Positions 1 to 10,405 of a DNA stretch of 64,000 nucleotides are shown here, piece after piece. The notes below the pieces were generated by a model, which saw only the letters and a program-made list of their open reading frames with translations, did not search any database and was not told where the DNA came from. The stretch comes from Candidatus Margulisiibacteriota bacterium (GTDB lineage: Bacteria; Margulisbacteria; WOR-1; O2-12-FULL-45-9). The translations under genes and the position numbers were made by a program. The stretch is taken from the NCBI GenBank assembly GCA_034723395.1, contig JAYEOW010000029.1:32001-96000 (forward strand), read 5' to 3'. Positions within the stretch are counted from its first letter, which is position 1, and every line of letters starts with the position of its first letter.

Positions 1-1214
1 AGGCTAAGGGGGAGAAAGAGAACGCAGTAGAGAACCAAGAATTTGAGGTAGCGGCCAAACTTAGAGATAAAGAAGAGGCACTTCGACTGCAGTACGAAGC
101 AGTTTCTAAAAAAATGACCGGGATCAGCCGTGAAGGCTACCCGGAAGTGAATTCTGAAATCATCGCTCAGGTTGTCTCTGCCTGGACCAGGGTTCCGGTC
201 ACTCAATTAACCCAGGAAGAGACCGAAAGACTGCTTAAGATGGAAGACGAGATTAAAAAACGGGTGATCGGGCAGGAAGAAGCGGTAAAGGTCATCTCTA
301 AGTCTATCCGAAGAGCCCGTGCCGGATTAAAAGATGCCAAAAGGCCGATTGGCTCTTTTATCTTTTTGGGTCCTTCTGGGGTGGGAAAAACTGAACTGGG
401 AAAAAGATTGGCCGAGTTTTTATTTGGAGATGTTGACGCTATGATCCGGATCGATATGTCAGAATATCTAGAGCAGCATACGGTTTCAAGATTAATCGGT
501 TCTCCTCCCGGATATGTCGGATTTGGCGAAGGGGGACAACTGACCGAGCCGGTAAGAAGGCGGCCTCATTCGGTCGTCCTTTTTGACGAGATCGAAAAGG
601 CGCACCCCAATGTTATGAACATTCTGCTGCAGATCCTTGATGAAGGAAAAGTGACCGACGCGCAAGGGCGCGCGATCGATTTTAAAAATACGGTTATTAT
701 CATGACCAGCAATGTAGGTGCCGACTTGATTCGAAAACAAACCGCGATCGGTTTTGTTACCCGCGATGACGCGCAGGCCTCCTATGAAAAGATGAAAGAG
801 ACAGTAGTCGAACAGATGAACAAGGAATTCCGCCCGGAATTCTTGAACCGGGTAGATGAAAAGGTCGTCTTTCGCCCGTTATCAAAAGAAGATCTGGTTT
901 CGATCGTCGATATTATGATCGGAGATATTAATAAACGATTGGAAGAGAAGGGATTATCAATTAAAGTTACCAAAAAAGTTAAGGAATTTCTGGTCGATAA
1001 AGGATACGATCCAAAGCTGGGCGCACGGCCGCTCCGCCGTTCGATCCAGGAACATATTGAAGATCCGCTATCAGAAGAGGTCCTAAAAGGCCGCTTTGGC
1101 TACGGAAGCAAAATTTCTTTAAAAGTTGAAAAAGATAAGATTGTTTTTACGGGGACAAAGGGGAAGAGATCGATAAGATCCAAGACCAAAAAAGATGAGC
1201 CCGCAATTAGCTAA
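1..1214 (+). CDS. clpC: ATP-dependent Clp protease ATPase subunit, 5'-truncated by the window edge
   Basis: The frame is open upstream of the 114 ATG (AKGEKENAVENQEFEVAAKLRD, UVR-like middle domain). Second AAA+ domain has GPSGVGKTE, DMSEY, GSPPGYVG, FDEIEKAH. Adjacent to radA. Confidence 0.95.
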   Translation, partial: AKGEKENAVENQEFEVAAKLRDKEEALRLQYEAVSKKMTGISREGYPEVNSEIIAQVVSAWTRVPVTQLTQEETERLLKMEDEIKKRVIGQEEAVKVISKSIRRARAGLKDAKRPIGSFIFLGPSGVGKTELGKRLAEFLFGDVDAMIRIDMSEYLEQHTVSRLIGSPPGYVGFGEGGQLTEPVRRRPHSVVLFDEIEKAHPNVMNILLQILDEGKVTDAQGRAIDFKNTVIIMTSNVGADLIRKQTAIGFVTRDDAQASYEKMKETVVEQMNKEFRPEFLNRVDEKVVFRPLSKEDLVSIVDIMIGDINKRLEEKGLSIKVTKKVKEFLVDKGYDPKLGARPLRRSIQEHIEDPLSEEVLKGRFGYGSKISLKVEKDKIVFTGTKGKRSIRSKTKKDEPAIS

Positions 1215-2556
1215 GTACGTTTGCCAATCGTGCGGCCAGGATTACCCCAAGTGGGAAGGGCAGTGTAGGAGTTGTGGGGAGTGGAATAGCCTTGAAGAGG
1301 AAGTCCGAAATCCTAAATCCGAAGGCCAAAACAAATTCGAAATTCCAAATATCAAACCTCAAAAGCCGGTTGCGATTACGGAAGTTGAAATTGAAGTAGA
1401 GGAGAGAGATAAGACCGGGATTGCGGAGGTTGATCGGGTTTTGGGTGGGGGAGTAGTAGCAGGCTCAGTTGTTCTAGTTTCTGGAGAGCCAGGGATTGGA
1501 AAATCGACAATGATGCTGCAGGCAGCGGAGGCTTTAAGTAAAATCGAGAAGGTTCTATATGTAAGTGGGGAAGAATCGGCTAAGCAGATCAAACTTCGCG
1601 CACAAAGACTGGGAACCCTTTCGAAAAATCTAATCCTTCTGCCCGAAACCAATATCTTTGCTATTCAAAAAGCGATCGATGAAGTAAAGCCGAAGTTTTT
1701 GGTAATCGATTCGATCCAAACCATGTATCGGGAGGATATTACATCGGCTCCGGGATCGGTTTCGCAGGTTAGAGAGAGCGCAAACTATCTGGTTAAGATC
1801 GCAAAATCGACCGGGATCCCTGTTTTTATCGTCGGACATGTGACCAAAGATGGAAATATTGCCGGTCCAAGAGTTTTGGAACATGTGGTCGATACTGTTC
1901 TTTACTTTGAGGGGGAGAGACATAAACAGTATCGCATTCTCCGGGTAACCAAGAATCGTTTCGGCTCGACCAATGAAGTCGGAATATTTGAAATGCGGGA
2001 TAAGGGATTGATCGAAGTTGCCAATCCTTCGCAGGTTTTCCTTTCCGAGCGGCCTAAGGAGTCTTCTGGTTCAGTTGTGACTGCAGCTATTGAGGGGACG
2101 CGTCCGCTACTGGTCGAAATTCAAGCATTAGTCCATCCGAGCAAGATGGCCTATCCGATCAGAAAGTCTACCGGGGTGGATTATAACCGTGTTTCGATCA
2201 TTCTTGCTGTTCTAGAAAAGCAGCTGGGGTTAAAACTATCAAATTCTGATGTTTATGTTAATGCGGCAGGTGGAGTTAGAATTTCAGAACCAGCGATCGA
2301 CCTGCCGATTGCGATTGCAGTTGCTTCTTGTTATAAAAATAAACCATTTAACTTCGAAACTGCGGTAGTTGGGGAGATTGGTCTTGCTGGAGAGATCCGT
2401 TCGGTTAATCAAATAGAACAACGAGTAAAAGAAGCAGAGAAATTAGGATTTAAAAAGATCATTATTCCCAAAGCAAACTTGAAAGAGGTTAAAAAATCAA
2501 AAATAGCTGTGATCAACTTTTCTTCTATCCGTGAAGCTTTTACAGGTATTTCCTAG
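1195..2556 (+). CDS. radA: DNA repair protein RadA/Sms
   Basis: C4 zinc finger, Walker A GEPGIGKST, KNRFG motif, Lon-like C-terminus. Confidence 0.97.
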   Translation: MSPQLAKYVCQSCGQDYPKWEGQCRSCGEWNSLEEEVRNPKSEGQNKFEIPNIKPQKPVAITEVEIEVEERDKTGIAEVDRVLGGGVVAGSVVLVSGEPGIGKSTMMLQAAEALSKIEKVLYVSGEESAKQIKLRAQRLGTLSKNLILLPETNIFAIQKAIDEVKPKFLVIDSIQTMYREDITSAPGSVSQVRESANYLVKIAKSTGIPVFIVGHVTKDGNIAGPRVLEHVVDTVLYFEGERHKQYRILRVTKNRFGSTNEVGIFEMRDKGLIEVANPSQVFLSERPKESSGSVVTAAIEGTRPLLVEIQALVHPSKMAYPIRKSTGVDYNRVSIILAVLEKQLGLKLSNSDVYVNAAGGVRISEPAIDLPIAIAVASCYKNKPFNFETAVVGEIGLAGEIRSVNQIEQRVKEAEKLGFKKIIIPKANLKEVKKSKIAVINFSSIREAFTGIS

Positions 2557-3793
2557 GATCCGCGATTTTTCCTTCGATCAGTGAAGCAGCGACCGTTGCT
2601 GGAGAGCCGAGATAGATAAAGGCGTTTACGTTACCCATTCTTCCCTTAAAATTTCGGTTAGCTGTTGAGATTACATTTTCTCCATCAGATGGAACTCCGT
2701 TATGAGTGCCGACACAGGGGCCGCAGCCAGGGGTAACAAAGATCGCTCCGGCATCCATTAAAATATCAACAATTCCTGCATGCATTGCGTCTTTAAAAAT
2801 CTGTGCGGAAGCTGGAGCGATGATCAGTCGGGTCCCTTCCTTTATTTTTTTACCTTTAAGAATAGAGGCGGCGATCTTAAGATCTTCTAACCGTCCATTA
2901 GTACAAGTTCCGATATATCCTTGCTGGATAGGGGTGCCTAAAACTTCTGAAATAGGGCAAACATTATCGACGGTGTGCGGTTTGGCGATCTGTGGTTCAA
3001 GTTTGGAGACATTGTATTCTTTGGTCACTTTATAAACCGCGTCTTTATCGGCTTTTGTAGGATTCGGCTCCTTCTTAGAGTGCCCCTTTACCCAATCGAG
3101 AACTTTCTTATCCGCATTCATTAGGCCAACTTTAGCGCCGCATTCAATTGCCATGTTGGAGATCGTAAAGCGGGCTTCAACCGAAAGTTTGTCGATGACT
3201 TCACCATAAAATTCTAGTGCCATATAAGTAGCACCGTCTGCGCCGATATCACCGATAAAATTTAATATCAGATCTTTTGAGTAAATACCTTTAGGGAGAT
3301 TTCCTTTGAAAGTTACTTTCATAGTCTCTGGGACTTTAAACCATAGTTTACCGGAAGAAATTCCTGCCGCCAGATCGGTTGATCCTACTCCGGTCGAAAA
3401 GACATTGATCGCGCCGTAAGTGCAGGTGTGTGAATCTGCGCCAATAACCAAATCGCCGGGGACTACATGTCCTTGTTCTGGGACTATTTGATGACAAACA
3501 CCACAACCGACATCATAAAGGAGCGATCCTTGTCCTTCCGCAAAATCTCTGATCTTTTTATGGATCGCTGAAACGCCAGCGTTCGGCGATGGGGAACTGT
3601 GGTCGATAATGATCGCAAACTTTTTAGGGTCAGCGATCTTCTTCGTCCCCATCTTTTGGAAGGAGTCGACTATAATACCGGAAGTGCCGTCTTGCCCCAT
3701 CATAAAATCCAGATCGGCAATTACAATATCTCCAGCCTTAGCATCTTTTCCAGAGTGGTTAGAGAGGATTTTCTCAGCGATGGTTCTTCCCAT
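2540..3793 (-). CDS. leuC: 3-isopropylmalate dehydratase/homoaconitase-family large subunit
   Basis: GADSHTCT, GTCTNGR, PGCGPC and STANRNFKGRMG aconitase-family motifs. Confidence 0.9.
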   Translation of the reverse strand: MGRTIAEKILSNHSGKDAKAGDIVIADLDFMMGQDGTSGIIVDSFQKMGTKKIADPKKFAIIIDHSSPSPNAGVSAIHKKIRDFAEGQGSLLYDVGCGVCHQIVPEQGHVVPGDLVIGADSHTCTYGAINVFSTGVGSTDLAAGISSGKLWFKVPETMKVTFKGNLPKGIYSKDLILNFIGDIGADGATYMALEFYGEVIDKLSVEARFTISNMAIECGAKVGLMNADKKVLDWVKGHSKKEPNPTKADKDAVYKVTKEYNVSKLEPQIAKPHTVDNVCPISEVLGTPIQQGYIGTCTNGRLEDLKIAASILKGKKIKEGTRLIIAPASAQIFKDAMHAGIVDILMDAGAIFVTPGCGPCVGTHNGVPSDGENVISTANRNFKGRMGNVNAFIYLGSPATVAASLIEGKIADPRKYL

Positions 3794-4777
3794 TTATCTT
3801 TTCTTCCGTGCCCTCCGAAGCTTTAGCGAAGGAGGGTTCTTGGCAGGTTTTACATGATTAACCCTTCGAGTTTTTTCCTTAACCGCTTTTTCGATCAAAC
3901 GAGTTTTCTCAATCAGGTAGGGGTCCAATCCTTCCATCTGGACAACCTCCTGGATCAATTTGATCGCCTTTGGGTGATGGGCGATGTCGGCCAGATCGAG
4001 CTTTGCGCGGGCGATCAGGTCTTTATAAGCAAAAGGCATTTTTAAAACTTCGGTAAGTAGCTTCTGAGCTTTTTTAAAATCTCCTCTTTTAGCCCGGTGG
4101 ATCAAGATCTCTGATTTTAAAACTTTCCCTTTATTTACAAAATAGTCGTCTGGCCTTGATTTCATCTCCTTCAAGGCGAGATCGACCAGTTTGAGGGATT
4201 GCGCGACGTAATCCGGATTGCGATAAAGGATGATCTCGGCTTTAGAAAGGAGGGCTCGTCCTCTGAAATACCAGTGTGCCTCTTTTTCTTTCACAACCCG
4301 GTTAATAAGCTCCAGCGCTTTGGCCCAATCCCCTTTGTTGCGGCGCGCTAAAAGAAGCTCAGCTTCTACCAAATATGTTTTTGCGACAAAAAATTCGGCC
4401 ATGTTTGATCCCAGGGTCTTTCTCGCTTTCTCGGAAAGGGAGATCGCGTTATCAAATTCGTCACGGACGCCGATCATCAGCTCCGCTTTTCCGATCAGCG
4501 CGCGGGCCCTAAGTGATTCCGGGATCGGGCGGAGGAGGATTTGGTCATAAAGGCTCATCGCTTTCCGGTGGTCGCCCGCGTCGCCGCGGCCTACCATAAG
4601 ATCGGCGATCCCGAACATGAGTTCCGGAGTGTCCGAGCGTTTCGGATTTTGGACCAGGATCCGGTTGTAGCGCTTTAGGACCTTATTTATTTTTTCTTTT
4701 TCGGACGGGACCGGAAACCCAACTTCCTTATCAACGATATAGCTCATAATCGGGGATAGAATTGCCATTTTTTTCAC
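3794..4777 (-). CDS. TPR-like alpha-helical repeat protein of unknown function
   Basis: Repeated helical units (RALIGKAEL, RALLSKAEI, GKVLKSEI). Confidence 0.75.
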   Translation of the reverse strand: MKKMAILSPIMSYIVDKEVGFPVPSEKEKINKVLKRYNRILVQNPKRSDTPELMFGIADLMVGRGDAGDHRKAMSLYDQILLRPIPESLRARALIGKAELMIGVRDEFDNAISLSEKARKTLGSNMAEFFVAKTYLVEAELLLARRNKGDWAKALELINRVVKEKEAHWYFRGRALLSKAEIILYRNPDYVAQSLKLVDLALKEMKSRPDDYFVNKGKVLKSEILIHRAKRGDFKKAQKLLTEVLKMPFAYKDLIARAKLDLADIAHHPKAIKLIQEVVQMEGLDPYLIEKTRLIEKAVKEKTRRVNHVKPAKNPPSLKLRRARKKR

Positions 4778-4803
4778 CTACTTGAAATTAAATTTTTTAG
4801 ATA

Positions 4804-4832
4804 TTGACCCCTAATTGTATATAATGTAAAAT
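4804..4832 (+). promoter_or_regulatory. sigma70-type promoter of rnc
   Basis: TTGACC-N17-TAAAAT immediately before the ATG. Confidence 0.6.
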
Positions 4833-4835
4833 ATA

Positions 4836-5624
4836 ATGTCAATGATACAGATTTCCCCACAGCGCGAAAAAGAATTGAACGAGATCGAAAAAAAGATTGG
4901 AACCTCCTTTTTGAATAAGGCCTTGTTGAACCAGGCATTTGTCCATAGCTCCTACGGCCACGAAAAAAGTACCCCCGACAACGAACGCTTGGAGTTTTTG
5001 GGCGACGCGGTACTAAAACTGGTGATCAGCGAATATATTTACCATAAATTCCCCGATCGTGCCGAAGGCGACCTGACCAAGATCCGGGCAGCGGTCATTT
5101 CCGATGAAACACTCTCAAGGATCGGGAAGGCCCTCTCCCTGGGAAATTATCTTTTACTAAGTCCGAACGAGAGGCGTACCGGGGGGACCAGGAAAAAATC
5201 GAATATGGCCAATACCTTTGAAGCGCTGATCGGAGCGGTTTTCCTGGACTCAGGGATCGGGAAATCCAGGGATTTAATTATCGAGTCTCTGCGAGCAGAG
5301 ATCGAAAAAACCTCCCGAAAAGGGTATATCGTCGATTTTAAATCGGCCCTGCAGGAATATGCCCAGAAGAGAAGATGGCAGCTCCCGTACTATCGGGTAA
5401 TTAAGGAGAGCGGACCAAAGCATCGCCGGGTTTTTTGGATGGAGGTAAAAATCAAAGGGAAACAATATGGGGTGGGGAGAGGCCGCAGCAAAAAAGAGTC
5501 TGAGCAGCGGGCAGCCACGCAGGCCTTGCGCAAACTAAAGCTTGAAGAAAAACAGGGCGAAAAGAAGGTTAATAAGGGGATCAGAAATCTTATTACCACT
5601 GTTAGAAAAAGGATGAAGATGTAA
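4836..5624 (+). CDS. rnc: Ribonuclease III
   Basis: NERLEFLGDAVL signature and C-terminal dsRNA-binding domain. Confidence 0.97.
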   Translation: MSMIQISPQREKELNEIEKKIGTSFLNKALLNQAFVHSSYGHEKSTPDNERLEFLGDAVLKLVISEYIYHKFPDRAEGDLTKIRAAVISDETLSRIGKALSLGNYLLLSPNERRTGGTRKKSNMANTFEALIGAVFLDSGIGKSRDLIIESLRAEIEKTSRKGYIVDFKSALQEYAQKRRWQLPYYRVIKESGPKHRRVFWMEVKIKGKQYGVGRGRSKKESEQRAATQALRKLKLEEKQGEKKVNKGIRNLITTVRKRMKM

Positions 5625-6913
5625 TGGTGGGGATACTGATTAAAAATGGAAGGGTAGTTGATCCCGCATCTAAAATAGACGGGAAAAGGGATGTCTTAAT
5701 CGAAGGCGGGAAGGTAAAAAAAATAGGGACGAGATTGGCGGGACGGGGGGCGAAGATTGTAGATGCCAAAGGGATGCTGGTTTTACCGGGTTTGATTGAT
5801 CTGCATGCTCACTTAAGAGATCCGGGAAGGCCGGATAAAGAGACAATTGCGTCGGGGACCAGGGCGGCGGCGATGGGAGGGTTTACCTCTATATGTTGTA
5901 TGGCAAATACCGAACCGCCGGTCGATAATCCCGCGGTCGTAAAATATATTGTAAACAAAGCTGAAACCGATGGAGTAGTGAATGTTTTTCCGATCGGGGC
6001 GGTTACTAAAGGGATAAAGGGAGAATTTCTTGCCGAACTCGGTTTGATGCTCAATGAGGGGGCAGTTGCTTTTTCCGATGATGGAAACCCATTAATGAGC
6101 GCAAAGATGATGCGCCGGGCGCTTGAGTACTCAAAGCAATTCGATGTTCCGATTATTTCCCATTGCGAAGATAGGACCTTGTCAAAAGAGGGGGTGATGA
6201 ACGAGAGCGCTCTTTCGACCGAGCTTGGCCTTCCCGGCATTCCCGCATTGTCTGAAGAGGTTATGGTAGAGCGCGATGTTAGGTTGGCCGAAGAGTTTGG
6301 AAAGGTCCATATTGCCCATGTTTCGTCGGCCAAATCGGTTGATATTATCCGTAAGGCTAAGAGAAGGGGCGCCCCGGTAACAGGCGAGACCTGTCCGCAC
6401 TATTTTTCATTAACGGAGGAAGCGATAAGAGGTTATAATACAAACGCGAAAGTTAACCCCCCGCTTAAAAGCAAAAAAGATCAAAAAGCAGTTATCAAAG
6501 GATTAAAGGATGGGACGATTGATGCGATCTCGACCGACCATGCCCCGCATAATATTGAAGAAAAGAATGTAGAATTTAATCAGGCTGCTTTTGGGATGGT
6601 CGGGCTTGAGACCGCGCTCGCTTTAACTCTGACCAGCCTGGTAAATAGCAAAGCGTTAACCTTAAAACAGGCAATCAGTAAATTAACCGCTGAACCGGCC
6701 CGGATCCTCGGATTGAACAAAGGGAACTTGAAAGTTGGAGCAGACGCTGATCTTATTATCGTTGATCCAAAGGCTGAGTGGGTAGTTGATCCTTCAAGAT
6801 TTGCCTCAAAAAGTAAAAATTCGCCATTTGCGGGACACAAGCTAAAAGGGAGAGTGCTCTTTACGATTGTCCGCGGTAAGGTTGTGGTGCGAAATGGCAA
6901 ACTGGCCGTCTAA
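5624..6913 (+). CDS. pyrC: Dihydroorotase
   Basis: DLHAHLRDPG, KVNPPL and STDHAPH motifs. Confidence 0.95.
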   Translation: MVGILIKNGRVVDPASKIDGKRDVLIEGGKVKKIGTRLAGRGAKIVDAKGMLVLPGLIDLHAHLRDPGRPDKETIASGTRAAAMGGFTSICCMANTEPPVDNPAVVKYIVNKAETDGVVNVFPIGAVTKGIKGEFLAELGLMLNEGAVAFSDDGNPLMSAKMMRRALEYSKQFDVPIISHCEDRTLSKEGVMNESALSTELGLPGIPALSEEVMVERDVRLAEEFGKVHIAHVSSAKSVDIIRKAKRRGAPVTGETCPHYFSLTEEAIRGYNTNAKVNPPLKSKKDQKAVIKGLKDGTIDAISTDHAPHNIEEKNVEFNQAAFGMVGLETALALTLTSLVNSKALTLKQAISKLTAEPARILGLNKGNLKVGADADLIIVDPKAEWVVDPSRFASKSKNSPFAGHKLKGRVLFTIVRGKVVVRNGKLAV

Positions 6914-7523
6914 ATTAATCCTTCTGGGTTTTTCGTTTTTTGTCCTGTTGGCTGGTTGTGGGGATATTGAGGGGGATGTTGCCACATTAACGCTCTCTCC
7001 TTCGAGCGCGACCATCGGGATCAATCAATCTCAAGTATTTACCTCGATCGCAAAGGACAGCTACGGGCTGATCGTCGATTCTTCGCCGACCTGGAGTACT
7101 ACGGGCGGGATCGGGGCGATCAGCACGACCGGGTTGTTCGTTGCCGGAGATAGCACGGGAGAGGGATATGTGGCCGCTACTTTAGACAACAAGATTGCGA
7201 CCGCTACGGTAACAATTACTGATGCCGGCTGGCTTACCGGAAGGGTCCAAAGTTCACTGAGCAATCTTGGCTATATCGCAAACATTAAAGTTTACCTTAG
7301 TGAAGATCCGACCCTTTATGACCGTTCAGATAGTGATGGGAGATACGAAATTTCGGGAATTCCAGCGGGGACCTATGAAGCCTTGACTGAAGCTACGGTT
7401 ACCTTCCAGTCCGCTTCCCGTGAAGTTGCGGTTACCCGCGGTCAAACAACGACTTGGGATATCATGCTTGAGGCTCAGCCGGGGGTAAATCCGGTCCCAA
7501 CTACTACGGTCCCTTCTTTTTAA
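6894..7523 (+). CDS. Lipoprotein with Ig-like and carboxypeptidase-regulatory-like beta domains
   Basis: Lipobox LLAGC after the ATG at 6894; Thr/Ser-rich beta strands; SDSDGRYEISGIPAGTY. Confidence 0.75.
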   Translation: MANWPSKLILLGFSFFVLLAGCGDIEGDVATLTLSPSSATIGINQSQVFTSIAKDSYGLIVDSSPTWSTTGGIGAISTTGLFVAGDSTGEGYVAATLDNKIATATVTITDAGWLTGRVQSSLSNLGYIANIKVYLSEDPTLYDRSDSDGRYEISGIPAGTYEALTEATVTFQSASREVAVTRGQTTTWDIMLEAQPGVNPVPTTTVPSF

Positions 7524-7867
7524 TGATGGCAGAGACGTTTGATCCAAAAGAGGAGGGGCGACGGATCGCTAGCGAGTATTTAAGCAAGCGGGGGTGGGCG
7601 AGGGAGCGGAGGAGGTCGTTGGACCGGCAGGTCAATCCCGGATTCCAGAGGGAAGAGTTTGAAGAGAAGGAGAGGCAGTGTGACCGGACCGAAGAAGATG
7701 CGGAGACGCTTTTTTCCGGTAAGGTTGAGCTGTACCGGAAGGATGGTTCATCTCAGGCCAAAGCGGTATTATGGTCGATTGTTGATATTCTGGGAAGAAG
7801 AACTGATCTCGGTTTTTTTGCAAAACGTATTATTGATCGATTAAAAAGGGAGTTGGAACTGTTCTAA
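7523..7867 (+). CDS. Hypothetical protein
   Basis: ORF is translationally coupled on both sides (TAATG overlaps). Confidence 0.65.
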   Translation: MMAETFDPKEEGRRIASEYLSKRGWARERRRSLDRQVNPGFQREEFEEKERQCDRTEEDAETLFSGKVELYRKDGSSQAKAVLWSIVDILGRRTDLGFFAKRIIDRLKRELELF

Positions 7868-8838
7868 TGGTTTGGCTAAAATTATTAATTTGTGCGGGGA
7901 TCATATTTTTTGCGGGGATGAAGATTACCCGCTATGCGGATGTGATCGCCGAAAAAACCGGTTTAGGAAAAGCTTGGATCGGGCTGGTCCTTTTAGCAAC
8001 GGTCACTTCACTCCCGGAGCTGGCGAACGGCATTTCCGCGGTAACTTTTACCGATATCCCTGATCTGGCGGTCGGCGACCTGTTAGGGGCCTGCATGATC
8101 AATATGCTTACCCTGGCCTTGCTTGACATTATTCAATGGGTTAGAGGAAAGCCAACAATATTCGTTAAGCCGGCAAAAAGGAATGTTTTCGCGTGTTTTG
8201 TGAGTTTGTCGCTGCTGTTGTTCACCGCGTTCTCGATATTAATGAGTATTTATGTTTTTGATCTAGCAATATTTTCGGTTTCATTATATACCCTGATTAT
8301 TTTCGCGGTATATTTTGTTTCGCAGAAAGTTATGTTCCATCGCGAACATGAAAATGTTGAAATTTGTCATGAAAATGCAAATTATAAACTTTATCTAAAG
8401 TTCTTATTGTTAGGCTTGTTAATAATTGTCGCAGGCAGTTGGCTCCCTTTTATTGGCGGGGAGATAATATCAGTAATGGGATGGGGAAAAACATTTGTCG
8501 GGGTCCTTTTCTTGGGTTTAGCGACTACGCTGCCGGAACTAGTAGTTTCAATTTCGGCTTTAAGGATGGGAAATATCTCGATGAGCAAAGGAAATCTGTT
8601 TGGAAGCAATATTTTTAATATTGGGATCCTATTTGTCGTTGACGTTTTTTACCGAAAGGGACCTCTATTGGCAAGTGTTTCTAATAATATGATCTATGCC
8701 GCTCTGTTTGGCGCCCTCCTGACCGGGGTTGCGTTCAGGGCGATTAAGGCCAAGACAAAATTCCGTTTTGCCGCGGCGGCGATCATAGTTATCTATATCA
8801 TTTCTATCTATATTTTATATGGATTGGGCATGTCATAA
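7867..8838 (+). CDS. Sodium/calcium exchanger (CaCA family) antiporter
   Basis: Two alpha-repeats (TSLPEL...GDLLGA and TTLPEL...GNLFGSN); highly hydrophobic. Confidence 0.9.
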   Translation: MVWLKLLICAGIIFFAGMKITRYADVIAEKTGLGKAWIGLVLLATVTSLPELANGISAVTFTDIPDLAVGDLLGACMINMLTLALLDIIQWVRGKPTIFVKPAKRNVFACFVSLSLLLFTAFSILMSIYVFDLAIFSVSLYTLIIFAVYFVSQKVMFHREHENVEICHENANYKLYLKFLLLGLLIIVAGSWLPFIGGEIISVMGWGKTFVGVLFLGLATTLPELVVSISALRMGNISMSKGNLFGSNIFNIGILFVVDVFYRKGPLLASVSNNMIYAALFGALLTGVAFRAIKAKTKFRFAAAAIIVIYIISIYILYGLGMS

Positions 8839-8886
8839 GTTTACAGGTTTTATTGCTGCCTTTTTCTGTAAAGTACCGCAAAGTCC

Positions 8887-8915
8887 TTGACATTTTTTTA
8901 ATATTTCCTTACAAT
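8887..8915 (+). promoter_or_regulatory. sigma70-type promoter
   Basis: TTGACA-N17-TACAAT upstream of the 8926 ORF and ruvCA. Confidence 0.7.
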
Positions 8916-8925
8916 TATCAGGTAG

Positions 8926-9327
8926 ATGAGGGTGAAATCTTTAATACTTCTGTTTGTCTTGGGGATAGTTATTGTTGGTTGTGCTCCGAAGCCTGCCAGA
9001 GAAGTTGTACTCCTAAAAGATAGCATCGAAGTTGAATTTGCGAAATCACCATCCTTTGTCGGTCAGGTCAAGAATATCGGTGAAAAAGATGTCCAATTGA
9101 GATCGATTGCTTTCACGATCTGGAAGAGCGGTAAACGTGACTGGATAAAGGATGCCGGAGTGGCGTGGTTTGCGAAAAACCTTAAGCCGGAGGAAGCAGC
9201 CGTCTTTGAAGTTAATTTTCCTGAGCTAGGAACTACCGAAGGTCTCTCTGTCTACTCTTATGAACTCCGATGGTACGACAAGGCAGCCAGCCGGCTATTT
9301 TCTAAAACCGAAAACGCCACCCTTTAA
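8926..9327 (+). CDS. Lipoprotein, FxLYD-like beta-sandwich
   Basis: Lipobox IVGC; GQVKNIG...LKPEE pattern. Confidence 0.65.
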   Translation: MRVKSLILLFVLGIVIVGCAPKPAREVVLLKDSIEVEFAKSPSFVGQVKNIGEKDVQLRSIAFTIWKSGKRDWIKDAGVAWFAKNLKPEEAAVFEVNFPELGTTEGLSVYSYELRWYDKAASRLFSKTENATL

Positions 9328-9809
9328 TGTTAACCCTGGGAATCGATCCAGGCACAGCAACCACCGGTTTTGGTCTGATCAAAGAAAAAAAAGATAGGCT
9401 CGCTTTTGTGGACCACGGTATTATTTCTACTTCAAAAAAAGATAGTCCTCAGGATAGGCTGCGGAAGATATATATTGAGCTAAAGAACCTCCTGATCGAA
9501 TTCAAGCCGGGCTCAGTGGCAATTGAGCGGCTTTTTTTCGGTAAGAACAGCAAAACCGCGATCGCGGTGGGGCAGGCGAGAGGGTTGGCGCTACTAGCTG
9601 CAGCTGAGCTTAAGATCCCGATTGCAGAATATACGCCTTTGCAGGTTAAAATGGCGATAACCGGGTACGGGAAAGCAGATAAAAAACAGGTGCAGCAGAT
9701 GGTCAAGGCTTTATTACGGCTGGACTTTATCCCTAAGCCGGACGACGCGGCGGACGCCCTGGCGATCGCGATTACCCATCTGCATTCCTATAAGCTGGAG
9801 AATTTATGA
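9327..9809 (+). CDS. ruvC: Holliday junction resolvase
   Basis: LGIDPG, AIERLFF and PDDAADALAIA motifs. Confidence 0.97.
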   Translation: MLTLGIDPGTATTGFGLIKEKKDRLAFVDHGIISTSKKDSPQDRLRKIYIELKNLLIEFKPGSVAIERLFFGKNSKTAIAVGQARGLALLAAAELKIPIAEYTPLQVKMAITGYGKADKKQVQQMVKALLRLDFIPKPDDAADALAIAITHLHSYKLENL

Positions 9810-10405
9810 TCTCGCATTTGAAAGGGATACTGGAGCACACTGACAAGAACCATATTATAATTGATGTTGGAGGTGTTGGTTATCACGTAAATGTCCCTTC
9901 CGCGATCCTGGCGAAGCTTCCAAAGACCGGAGAAGAGGTAAAGCTCTTTACCTATCAAGTAGTGAGAGAAGATGATGTTTCGTTGTATGGATTCCTTTCT
10001 AAAGAAGAGCGGAGCTTGTTTTCTTTGTTGCTTTCAGTGAGCGGGATCGGGCCCAAAGCTTCGCTTAAAATTATCTCCAGTTTCCCGATCGATAAGTTGG
10101 TCTCTGCAATCGCTTCAGGCGATGCCGATATGATCACTTCGGTCCCGGGCGTTGGGGCAAAAACTGCGCAAAAACTGGTAATTGAGCTTAAAGAAAAAAT
10201 TGCAAAAGCGTATGCGATCAAACCTTCGGAGATGGCAATTGGTATTAAAGGCGACACGCCTATAGTTTCGGATGCGATCTCAGCCCTAATTGCACTTGGC
10301 TATTCTCCTCGCGAAGCGCGCGACACAATTTTAAAGTCCGGACTCGATTTATCTGCTCAGAGTGTTGAAGGCATAGTAAGACAGGCGTTAAAGAACTTTG
10401 TCTAG
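9806..10405 (+). CDS. ruvA: Holliday junction branch migration protein
   Basis: GGVGY, VREDD..LYGF and VSGIGPK (HhH) motifs. Confidence 0.97.
   Translation: MISHLKGILEHTDKNHIIIDVGGVGYHVNVPSAILAKLPKTGEEVKLFTYQVVREDDVSLYGFLSKEERSLFSLLLSVSGIGPKASLKIISSFPIDKLVSAIASGDADMITSVPGVGAKTAQKLVIELKEKIAKAYAIKPSEMAIGIKGDTPIVSDAISALIALGYSPREARDTILKSGLDLSAQSVEGIVRQALKNFV

Noticed and set aside
4783..4810. Fifth copy of the TGAAATTT motif upstream of rnc
   Set aside because: It reads TGAAATTA and lacks the CGA box at the required 17-nt distance.
2540..10405. leuC without leuD, and ruvCA without ruvB, as anomalies
   Set aside because: Split operons are common, and the partners may simply lie outside the window.
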